Made by a program: the position numbers and the translations under genes. The notes under the pieces were generated by a model. The model was not told the DNA's origin. It did no database searches and saw only the letters and a program-made list of their open reading frames with translations. A DNA stretch of 64,000 nt from Clostridia bacterium (GTDB lineage: Bacteria; Bacillota; Clostridia; RGIG6154): the NCBI GenBank assembly GCA_045589295.1, contig JAZNOU010000012.1, positions 165,353 to 229,352 of the forward strand, written 5' to 3'. Below are positions 8,329 to 17,400 of the stretch, piece after piece (the stretch's first letter is position 1; the number at the start of each line of letters is the position of its first letter).

Positions 8329-9998
8329 AATTGAAAAATAAAGATATCGCTAAACAATGGTTTTTTAAGAATATCAGACAGGTTTTTGGCGGAGTTTTTG
8401 CTCTTACTTTTGTTTCTGTCCTGATTAATGTGTCAGGTGTCGGATTTGCGATTTCTTCAAAACGTGTTTTGGATGTAGCATCTAATTCAACTGAAGGGAA
8501 CTTATTAACAGAAGCTTTAGTTTTGTTTTCTTTGGTTGTGATTCAGCTTATTTTGCAAATTATCCTCTCTAAGTGCTATGTTAAAACGCAGGCACAAACG
8601 AGAATTAAAATAAAAACCGACTTGTTTGAAAGCATAGTGAAAAAAGATTTAACTGAGGTGAATTTTTATCACTCGGGTGAGTTGGTTAACAGGCTCACAA
8701 GCGACGTTAACGTTGTGTCAAACGCGGTGGTGGATATTTTACCAACTGCGATAGCACTTAGCATTGGGGTTTGTTTAAGCTTTGGGGTATTGTTCAGTTT
8801 GGACCCTGTTTATGCAGTTATTTATCTGATAGTTGCACCCCTTGCACTTTTAACTGCAAGATTTTTTAGAAAAAGGCTTAAAGTGTTACATAAAGAGTCG
8901 GTTTCAACCGACGGGATTGTTAAATCGTTTATGCAGGAATGTTTCAGAAATCTGCTCGTGGTCAAGGCTTTTGAAAAAGAAGATCACGTAACCGAAAAGT
9001 GTAATGCTTATCAACTTGCTAACTACAAGGTTTTGATAAAGAAAAACGATATCAGCATTTTAGCGAACGTAATGTTCTTTTTGTCCATTACTGCAGGCTA
9101 TTATTTAACTCTTATTTGGGGGGCATACAAGCTTTCGATAGGAATTTTAACAATCGGTGAAATTGTTGCAATGCTTGAACTTGTTTCACAAATTCAGTCC
9201 CCGCTAAAGTCATTATCATCACTTCTTCCGCAGTATTATTCGGCGGTAGCTTCATCTGAAAGAATTTTGGAGCTTGAAGATTTGCCTGATGAAAAACAAC
9301 TAAATGCAAGCAGTGAAAAAGTTGATGACTTTTCAAAGCTTGTCATTGACAATATGTCTTTTTCGTATGATGAAAGTTTAATTTTTGATAAAGCTTCCTG
9401 CGAAATTGAAAAAGGCGACATCGTCGGAATTTACGGCGAGTCGGGAATTGGAAAAAGCACACTTATAAAACTTATTTTAGGAGTGCTTAAGCCCAATAAG
9501 GGCGAGATTTACATAGTTGACCCGAGCGGTCAAAAGATTTTGGTTGATACAGAAACTAAAAACCTGTTTTCTTATGTGCCTCAAGGTAACCTGATATTAT
9601 CTGGCACAATAGCAGAAAACGTGGTTTTCGGTTCTGACAACATAGATATAAAGCTGGTTGAACGTTGCATCAAAGTGTCGCAGCTTGATGAAATGGTCAG
9701 TCAGTTGCCACTAAAACTTGATACAGGTTTGGGTGAAGGCGGCCTAGGTCTTTCTGAAGGACAGGTACAGCGATTATCTATCGCAAGGGCATTGTATCGG
9801 AATTCTGAAATACTGTTGCTTGATGAAGCAACGTCGGCTCTTGACCGAGAAACCGAAATCAGGGTGTTGGAGGAAATGAAGAGTTTGAATAAGACTTGTC
9901 TTTTCATAACTCACCGCAAAGAAGCACTTTTAAGTTGCAGCAAGCTTTTAAGTGTGAAAAACGGAAAGATTTCCATCGACAGGCAGGAAATTTTATAA
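8322..9998 (+). CDS. ABC transporter, fused permease/ATP-binding exporter
   Basis: The 558-aa product has six TM helices followed by a nucleotide-binding domain with Walker A (GESGIGKST), an LSEGQVQRLSIARAL signature and Walker B (LLLDEATSALD). Confidence 0.85.
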   Translation: MVKLKNKDIAKQWFFKNIRQVFGGVFALTFVSVLINVSGVGFAISSKRVLDVASNSTEGNLLTEALVLFSLVVIQLILQIILSKCYVKTQAQTRIKIKTDLFESIVKKDLTEVNFYHSGELVNRLTSDVNVVSNAVVDILPTAIALSIGVCLSFGVLFSLDPVYAVIYLIVAPLALLTARFFRKRLKVLHKESVSTDGIVKSFMQECFRNLLVVKAFEKEDHVTEKCNAYQLANYKVLIKKNDISILANVMFFLSITAGYYLTLIWGAYKLSIGILTIGEIVAMLELVSQIQSPLKSLSSLLPQYYSAVASSERILELEDLPDEKQLNASSEKVDDFSKLVIDNMSFSYDESLIFDKASCEIEKGDIVGIYGESGIGKSTLIKLILGVLKPNKGEIYIVDPSGQKILVDTETKNLFSYVPQGNLILSGTIAENVVFGSDNIDIKLVERCIKVSQLDEMVSQLPLKLDTGLGEGGLGLSEGQVQRLSIARALYRNSEILLLDEATSALDRETEIRVLEEMKSLNKTCLFITHRKEALLSCSKLLSVKNGKISIDRQEIL

Positions 9999-10020
9999 AG
10001 TTTGTTTGGGAGGAATAAAG

Positions 10021-10977
10021 ATGAAATGTAAGAGAATTATCAAAGTAGTAAGTGCGCTTGCATTAACTGTAGCTTTGTTAGTATCTGCTAGTGTTGTTTC
10101 ATTTGCTGCAACATATACAACACAGACAACATACATTAATGAAGATACTATTGAAGTTATTTCAAGAGCTACAGGCTTAAACGATGGCGAAATGGCTACT
10201 TATGTTGCTTACAGAAACGGCGAGTTCTCAGAAACTAATGCAGTTTACATCGACCAGGCAACAGAGCAGGACAATGCAGTTGAATTTAGATATCAGGCAG
10301 ATTCTGATGATGTAAAAGCAACAGTATTGTTCGGCGGTGAAAGCGCACCGAATACATTGGAGCCGGATAAAGTTGGTCATAAAATTACAGTATATGTTAA
10401 CGAAGTGGCTCAAGGCGACCAAGTTGCTGCTTATGCTGTAGCTGACTATGACGGCGAATATCTCGCAAGAGAATTTTCGGTAAACATTGAAAACGGAAAA
10501 GCTATTAAAAAAGTTGAATTCGCAGCTGATGGAGCTGAAAAAACAACTGTAGAAGCTTGGTATGTTAAAAATGGCGCGTTGGTTGTATTAAGCCGTGTTA
10601 TTGAATCAGATGGTTCATTGTACATTACAGCAGAGGATGCAACCATTTCTGTTAAACTTGGTGCTGTTACTGGTACTGAAAACACAATTACTGCATTTGC
10701 CAAAGCAGTTTGCACAGATGATGCAGACTACGGAATCTTAATTGCGGACTCAGAAGTTGAAATCGAAGCTGCTGGTCGTATTGACTGGAAAGATGCTGAA
10801 GACTACACAACTCCGGTTTATTTCAATGCTTTAGGCAAAGGTAACAATGGTGTATTTGCAGTAGAAGTAACTGATGAAGACTGCTTTGTTGCAGGTAAAA
10901 GCTTTAATGTAAAAGCTTATGCTGATTCTGGAGAGACAGAAGTGTATTCAATTGATACTGTAACTGTAAGATTATAA
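10021..10977 (+). CDS. secreted acidic beta-rich protein with signal peptide (possible cognate of the adjacent peptidase)
   Basis: An ATG at 10021 follows a GGGAGG ribosome-binding site. The signal peptide ends at ...SFA/ATYTT. The protein has no recognisable enzymatic motifs. Confidence 0.55.
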   Translation: MKCKRIIKVVSALALTVALLVSASVVSFAATYTTQTTYINEDTIEVISRATGLNDGEMATYVAYRNGEFSETNAVYIDQATEQDNAVEFRYQADSDDVKATVLFGGESAPNTLEPDKVGHKITVYVNEVAQGDQVAAYAVADYDGEYLAREFSVNIENGKAIKKVEFAADGAEKTTVEAWYVKNGALVVLSRVIESDGSLYITAEDATISVKLGAVTGTENTITAFAKAVCTDDADYGILIADSEVEIEAAGRIDWKDAEDYTTPVYFNALGKGNNGVFAVEVTDEDCFVAGKSFNVKAYADSGETEVYSIDTVTVRL

Positions 10978-11024
10978 GAGCGACTGTATCATTTAACGAT
11001 ACAAATTCAGGAGGAGAATTTACT

Positions 11025-11186
11025 ATGAAAAATTATCAAAAACCTGTTTTAGAGGTTGTTGAATTAGCAGTTGCTGAAAATATCGCTGCATTAGTGCCGA
11101 AAACTATCTATAAAAGATCAGTTGGCAAGAAGATGGCTCAGGACACCAGAATAATGCTTGTAGAAGATTTAAGTAATCTTAGCTAA
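11025..11186 (+). CDS. 53-aa peptide with lasso-precursor-like leader motif (candidate RiPP precursor)
   Basis: Translation is MKNYQKPVLEVVELAVAENIAALVPKTIYKRSVGKKMAQDTRIMLVEDLSNLS. An AGGAGG ribosome-binding site lies 10 nt upstream, and the ORF sits between the exporter operon and the kinase gene. The ORF track missed it because it is under 60 aa. Confidence 0.5.
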   Translation: MKNYQKPVLEVVELAVAENIAALVPKTIYKRSVGKKMAQDTRIMLVEDLSNLS

Positions 11187-11235
11187 TTTTAGCACTGCAA
11201 ATTAAATAAAAATTTGAGAGGATGTTTACTTTAAT

Positions 11236-12111
11236 ATGCAATATACTGTCGCAGGTTTTAATATTGATGTTGTCAGTGAACATCCTTCTTATCTTTTTAT
11301 GAGACTCAAAGACTATGAAAGCACTTTTTCGGGGGAAGCAGACTTTACAGTCAGGTGTAAAGAAGAAAAAAATATCGCTCTCCCCGATGATATTGTGCTT
11401 ATAGGTCAAAGAGTCGGAAGATGGATATGGTTTGAAAAAAAAGATGGTACGCTCGGTGCGTACATAAAATATGACGATGTCGAAAACATTGCGGCATTGG
11501 CATTGTGGGATAAAGCTTTTAAAAATATTGAATTATCTGTTTATGATATTGAGCCATACGGCAATTTGCCAATAGCTCAAAGAATTTTTTATTTACTGGG
11601 AGATGTTATTGCATACTCGGTATTAAACTGCGGTGCAGGAGTTTTCCATTCTTCTGCGATAAGTTATAAAGGAAACGGGATTTTATTTTCCGCACCATCG
11701 GGAACAGGAAAATCCACACATACATCTTTATGGAAAGATGTTTTTGGTGATAATGTTGTTATATTTAATGACGATACACCAATACTTAAGATAGAAAATG
11801 ACGTTTGTTTTGCCTACGGCTCACCTTGGAGCGGCAAAACTGCGATTAATGAAAATATAAAGGTTCCGCTTAAGGCGATTGTATGCCTTGACAGAGCGCA
11901 GACCAATTCAATAAAAAGACTTACGGGGATTAGTGCTTTTTACAGAATTTTCAATGAAATGAGAAAGCCTCCGGTTGAGAGTCTTATGGACAAGAGTCTT
12001 ACGGTTATGGATAGTATTTTGCAGAAAGTTCCGGTTTACGAGCTTTTTTGCAATAAAAATAAAGATGCAGTAATGACAGTTTTTGACGCTGTCGGTTTTG
12101 ACAAATTATAA
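11236..12111 (+). CDS. HPr kinase/phosphorylase-related kinase (HprK C-terminal-like P-loop)
   Basis: The segment GILFSAPSGTGKSTHTSLW...VVIFNDDTPIL matches the HprK P-loop and aspartate-pair architecture. The N-terminal 130 aa are unrelated to authentic HprK. Confidence 0.6.
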   Translation: MQYTVAGFNIDVVSEHPSYLFMRLKDYESTFSGEADFTVRCKEEKNIALPDDIVLIGQRVGRWIWFEKKDGTLGAYIKYDDVENIAALALWDKAFKNIELSVYDIEPYGNLPIAQRIFYLLGDVIAYSVLNCGAGVFHSSAISYKGNGILFSAPSGTGKSTHTSLWKDVFGDNVVIFNDDTPILKIENDVCFAYGSPWSGKTAINENIKVPLKAIVCLDRAQTNSIKRLTGISAFYRIFNEMRKPPVESLMDKSLTVMDSILQKVPVYELFCNKNKDAVMTVFDAVGFDKL

Positions 12112-12125
12112 GAGAGGTAAAAAGG

Positions 12126-13736
12126 ATGAATAAAAAAATATTTTTTGGTACACTTTTGTGTATGGTTTTATGTTTAAGCATTGCGACATGCGCATTTGCC
12201 GCAACATTTTCTGATTTATCAAAAAGCCACTGGGCGTACGATAATATTGTCGAATTAAGTTCACAGGGGGTTATAAACGGATACTCTGACGGTACATTTC
12301 GCCCCGAAGCATATGTTACGAGAGCTGAATTTGTTAAGCTTATAGGTACAATCGATACAATCAAAAATGGTGACTTTGACGACCTACCTAAAACTCACTG
12401 GGCATATGAATACGTTATGAAATCAGGGGTTGATGTTGACAGAAAGAACTTTCGCCCTGATGAAAATATCACAAGAGCAGAAGTTTTAGATATATTGTGG
12501 AACAGATATGGAACTGAAACAGATGCAAAAGTTCCCGGAATTATAGAAAATCAGCACAAAAATGTTCCGGCTGTTACCTGGGGATATTCTTACGGACTTA
12601 TGATAGGCGATGACGGAATAAATTTAAGACTTAGTGATGATTTGTCAAGAGCAGAAGCGGTTACACTTATTTTGCGCTCCAGAAAGATTGATACATCAAA
12701 GCAAAAGTTGCTTGCAGACAATGTAAACAGCAAGATTTTGGAAAATATTTTTAATGATACAATGCTTTTTGATAAACCTTACAGTGAAAATGAAACAGTT
12801 ACAGTTGGCGAAATTTCACACGCAGCTTTAAGACTTGCATATCAAACAAAGCAAATTCCATATAACAAGGATTTGTATATCGGCGATCCACAATTTGATG
12901 GTGATTATGCACTTGATATTGCTCACATGGCAAAACAAGTATTTGGTGAAGCTTCAAACAACAAAGAGTTTGCAGAAGGCAAGGCAAATCAACAGCAGGT
13001 TTTGGCAGCACTTATGTATGGTTATATGTTTAAAGCAAACGACTCGCCTGTAATCGGCAGAATGGATGATTACTACAAAGATGCAGTTGTTGCAAAAGGT
13101 CTTACAATGCAAAATATGTTACTTACATACACTAACAGACGCGGCATTTTTGCAAGCGCTGACGGACTTTTGCATAATGACAAAGCTGTAACACATAAAG
13201 AAATTGCATCAATTCTTTTGCAACTTGATAACTTTACAGGTTCACAAATAAGCTATTCAAACGGCAAAGAATCGGATGAAAAATTAAGCACAGATGCTTA
13301 TATTTACGAAAATGCAGATGATGGATTTGGAATTTTATTAAAAGGCATTCCAAACGTAGTTTACGAGACACCAATGAAAGCTCCTGCTAAAGAGTTTACA
13401 GTTTTTGCAAGAGATTTCTTTGAAATATTTACTACTCTTTCAGATGGCATTAAGGCAAAAGCCAAAAGCGAGGGCGCTGAAATTGTTTTAAGAGTTTATC
13501 CAACACTTATTGCAAATGCAGGCAATGAAGTTATTATGAGAACAAAGATATATGTAGCTTCAAATCCAAAAGGCTTAAATCTTGGTGAAATTATCGGTAA
13601 GTGCGATATGAATACAGATATTAAAGCCTTGGAAGGTAAAACGTATTTTGTTGATATTTCAACCAATCATCCATTGGATGACATGTACATCAATCCTGAA
13701 AATGTAAGCTTAAAACAGCTTATATGGAATGATTAA
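12126..13736 (+). CDS. SLH-domain cell-surface protein
   Basis: A signal peptide is followed by three S-layer-homology repeats (FSDLSKSHWAYDNIVEL...TRAEFVKLI and others) and an unassigned C-terminal domain. Confidence 0.7.
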   Translation: MNKKIFFGTLLCMVLCLSIATCAFAATFSDLSKSHWAYDNIVELSSQGVINGYSDGTFRPEAYVTRAEFVKLIGTIDTIKNGDFDDLPKTHWAYEYVMKSGVDVDRKNFRPDENITRAEVLDILWNRYGTETDAKVPGIIENQHKNVPAVTWGYSYGLMIGDDGINLRLSDDLSRAEAVTLILRSRKIDTSKQKLLADNVNSKILENIFNDTMLFDKPYSENETVTVGEISHAALRLAYQTKQIPYNKDLYIGDPQFDGDYALDIAHMAKQVFGEASNNKEFAEGKANQQQVLAALMYGYMFKANDSPVIGRMDDYYKDAVVAKGLTMQNMLLTYTNRRGIFASADGLLHNDKAVTHKEIASILLQLDNFTGSQISYSNGKESDEKLSTDAYIYENADDGFGILLKGIPNVVYETPMKAPAKEFTVFARDFFEIFTTLSDGIKAKAKSEGAEIVLRVYPTLIANAGNEVIMRTKIYVASNPKGLNLGEIIGKCDMNTDIKALEGKTYFVDISTNHPLDDMYINPENVSLKQLIWND

Positions 13737-13766
13737 TCTGGTTTAATTTACATGGAGGAAAAATAA

Positions 13767-14459
13767 ATGGAAGAAAGAGAAATTGATATCTGGGGACTAA
13801 TACAGTCAATAATTAAGAGATGGTGGATTGTTGCTATTATCACTGTTATAGTCGGAACAACAGGTTTTACATATTCAAAATTTGCAATCACTCCTTTGTA
13901 TGCGGCAAAAGGAACACTTTATATTACCGTAGACAATACTGCCTCCTTGCAAGGTGGAACAAGTCTTGATTACAACTCAATTTTGGCGGCACAGGAGCTT
14001 ACAAAAACATATTCTTTAATACTTTCAAGTAATACATTCTACAGAATTGTTGCTGCAGAAAGCGGACTTGACTACAGCTATAAAGAAATTTCAAGAATGG
14101 TTACAATGGGCAACGAAAATGACAGTGAAATTATGTCGATTACAGCAAAATGTGCAAATAGAGAACACGCAGCTATTATTGTTGAAACTATACTTAACAA
14201 TGCACAGGCAGAAATTTCAAGAGTGGTTATTGGCGGAAGTGTAAGAATTATTGACCATCCTGAACTTCCTAACGGACACTCATATCCTAACGTAACAAAG
14301 AACACATTCTTATGCTTGGCGCTTGGTGTTATCTTAGGTTGTGCTCTTGCAATTTTCATTGAATGGCTTGATGATACAATCAAGAGTGATGAGGATGTGC
14401 TGAAGTTTGGCATCCCGATATTAGCAGTTATCCCGCTTTTAGAAACAAAAAGCGAGTAA
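13767..14459 (+). CDS. Wzz/CpsC/YwqC-family polysaccharide chain-length (tyrosine-kinase modulator) protein
   Basis: It has two TM helices, a periplasmic-type loop and a C-terminal DDTIKSDEDVLKFGIPILAVIP segment typical of CapA/YwqC. No cognate BY-kinase gene follows. Confidence 0.8.
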   Translation: MEEREIDIWGLIQSIIKRWWIVAIITVIVGTTGFTYSKFAITPLYAAKGTLYITVDNTASLQGGTSLDYNSILAAQELTKTYSLILSSNTFYRIVAAESGLDYSYKEISRMVTMGNENDSEIMSITAKCANREHAAIIVETILNNAQAEISRVVIGGSVRIIDHPELPNGHSYPNVTKNTFLCLALGVILGCALAIFIEWLDDTIKSDEDVLKFGIPILAVIPLLETKSE

Positions 14460-14487
14460 AAAAAGACAGTAAAATTTTTCAGAAAGG

Positions 14488-17400
14488 GTGAGAGAAGATA
14501 TGAGAAAGCGTGTAAAATCGCTTATTGGCATGATTATTGCAATGACTATGATCTTGCCGACGGCTTTGCCGGTGACAACTCCTGTTTCGGCACAAAATTC
14601 CTACGGATTTAATGATTTTCCTACCGGATGGTCAGCACCTGCAATGTCACATGCAGTTGAAAACGGATTGATATACGGAAAATCCGAAGACCGTATATGT
14701 CCTACAGATAATTTAACTAGAGCGGAAATGGCTACAATCATTAACCGTGCATTCGGTGCTACGGTGGAAAAGGATATTTCGGCATTTTCAGATGTAGCTC
14801 AGTCAGCTTGGTATTACAATGAAATAAAAAAGGCATACAATATGCAAACCCTTTATGGTGATGCAGGCGGCACTATGCGTCCCGATGCCTTTATTATAAG
14901 AGAAGAAGCCATAGCGATTGTTGCAAGAGCTATGGTTTTAAGTGGTTATTCGGCTTCTAATCTTGATAAGTTTAATGATAAAGACCAAATTGCAGATTGG
15001 GCAGTAGATCCGCTGGCTTCAATGGTAGCAAACGGCTACGTTAACGGCGATGAAAAGTCTAATATGAATCCGAAGGCATTCATTACCAGAGAAGAATTTG
15101 CTCAGCTTTTACATAATATTGTTAAGCATTATTATGATGCTGAAGATGGCGTAACAACATTCAACGGGAATGTTATGATTAATGAACCGACCACTTCATT
15201 GAGTGATTTGGTTGTTAATGGCGATCTTATTTTGGGTGATGGTGTTGGAACAAGCAACATTGTTCTAAAAAATGTTAAAGTAACAGGTCGTATCCTTATC
15301 AGAGGCGCAACCCATATTTCGTTTAAAAACAGCAACTTTGGTGGCGGCGTTACAGTTAAAAATGTTAATGATGTGGTACATTTTGATCATTTTAGTGATG
15401 AAGTGCATTTTAATGATATGCAAGATCACACAGAGGTCACATTTAAGAAGAAAACTACCGGCGGTGGCGGTGGTGGAACTCCTCCGGCACCTACAACTGC
15501 TAGTTATAAAGTGGAACACTATCAGGAAGCTTTGGATGGAAGTTTTGCAGTTTTTGAAACAGAAACCCTTTCAGGCAGTATTGGTGCAAGTGTTACAGCA
15601 GTAGCTAAAACCTATACAGGTTTTAGCGAAGATACTGTAAATCCATCAAGAGTTGCAACAGGCACTGTTGTATCTGATGGTTCTTTGACTCTTAAGCTTT
15701 TTTACACAAGAAACAGTTATACAGTAACATTTGATGCTCGCGGCGGTGCTATTTCAGGCACACCGAAAACTGTTTATAAATTCGGTGAAACATTAGAACT
15801 CCCTGTACCTACAAAAGGAACAGACACATTTGGCGGGTGGTGGACAGCGCTAAATGGAACAGGAACAAAAATTGAAAATACAAGCGTATTGGGAACAGAT
15901 ATTACATCTGCTGCCATTACTGTTTATGCGCATTGGATACCTGCAGCTCCGACTCCCACAGCTACGACGTTTACAGTAAAACATTTGTTTGAAAAACTTG
16001 ACGGAACTTATGAAACTAAAGCAGAACGCGGAGATGAACTTAACGTTGCCGGTGATATAACGGTTTCAATCGTTCCTGAAAATTACAGAAATCCGATTGC
16101 GGGATTTAATTATTTTGATTATAGCTTTGACGGAACAGACAATGCAGGCATGCCAAAAGCAGATGGAAGCACTGTTCTTAATATCCGTTATAATAGAAAG
16201 AGCTACGACATCGTATATAACTATGGTGAAGCAGGCGGAAGCAACACAGTTTCATTTAGATATGGTGAAAGTGTAGATCTTTCAATTCCGACAGTTACAC
16301 CACCTGTAGGTAAGTATTTTGCAGGTTGGTATGATGCACTTGTTGGCGGCACACAGGTAACATTCCTTGAAACACCTGTTGGCGGAACAACAATTTATGC
16401 ACGTTGGGCAGAAGATGTTGGAGTTTATACTGTTGAATTCTATCAGCAGAATTTGGATGGAACTTACACCCAAGTAACTGCGGACACTTTATCAGGACTT
16501 ACTGGTGTAGTAGGAACAGATGTAAGTGTGGATAAAAATTCGACCACAATCAAAGATAAGTATATAGGTTTTGAAGTTAATGAAACAGAAAGTACACTCA
16601 CACAAAGACTTGCTAAAACAGGCACAGTACTTAAAGTTTATTATGACAGAAAGATTTATACAATCGATTACGACTTTGATGGCGGTTATGCAGATGGAAC
16701 ATATACTGATACATTTATGTATGGCCAAACCGTTGCGCTTGCCAAAGGTAAAAATAGCAATGGCAAGGTTTTAGGCGGTTGGTTTACCGATTTAGATGGT
16801 AATGGCACACAGGTAACAGATACTGCAAATATTGATGCTATCTTAGGCGCGCTCACAGGCAATACAATCACACTTTATGCTTATTGGGTAGAAGAAATAG
16901 GCGAATATTCTGTTGAATTCTATCAGGAAACTTTAGATGGTGCTGATTATACTCTTGTTGCAGCTGACACTATTGTCGGTCTTACAGGAACAGTCGGCGA
17001 GAAAGTAGCTATTGATGCAACAATAGATGAAGTTAAGAATAAATATTCAGGCTTTACAGTAAACGTTGCAAAGAGTGAACTTTCAAAAACACTTGCTAAA
17101 GAGGGCACAGTTCTTAAAGTTTACTACGACAGAAATATTTATACCTTGTATTACAATTATAGCGATGCTGATACTGTGGGAATTGGAAGTGCGACCTTTA
17201 AACATGGTCAGAATATCACATTCCCTGATGAATCAACATTCAATAAAGAATCATTTAGCTTTGCAGGCTGGTACACAACCCAGGACTTTAAAGATGATGA
17301 AGTTGTAGATACAGGCAATACAATCGAACAGATTATAGACATTGCAAATGGTGAAACAGAAACTACCATATATGCTAAATGGGCAAAATTCTTCACAGTA

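Noticed and set aside
10978-11008. AT-rich hairpin TGTATC-ATTTAAC-GATACA after the 10021-10977 gene as a terminator
   Set aside because: The stem is short and AT-rich and there is no T-run. Read-through to the peptide ORF and kinase is likely.
7524-12111. Canonical class-II lasso peptide gene cluster
   Set aside because: No Asn-synthetase-like cyclase (about 600 aa) and no transglutaminase-like B2 protease are present. Only the B1 (PqqD), ABC and HprK-like components and a lasso-like leader are present, so it is reported as a non-canonical system instead.
15461-15478. GGCGGTGGCGGTGGTGGA repeats (also 22700-22717) as possible simple-sequence or CRISPR-like repeats
   Set aside because: They encode in-frame Gly6 linkers within two surface proteins. 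They are not arrayed repeats with spacers.
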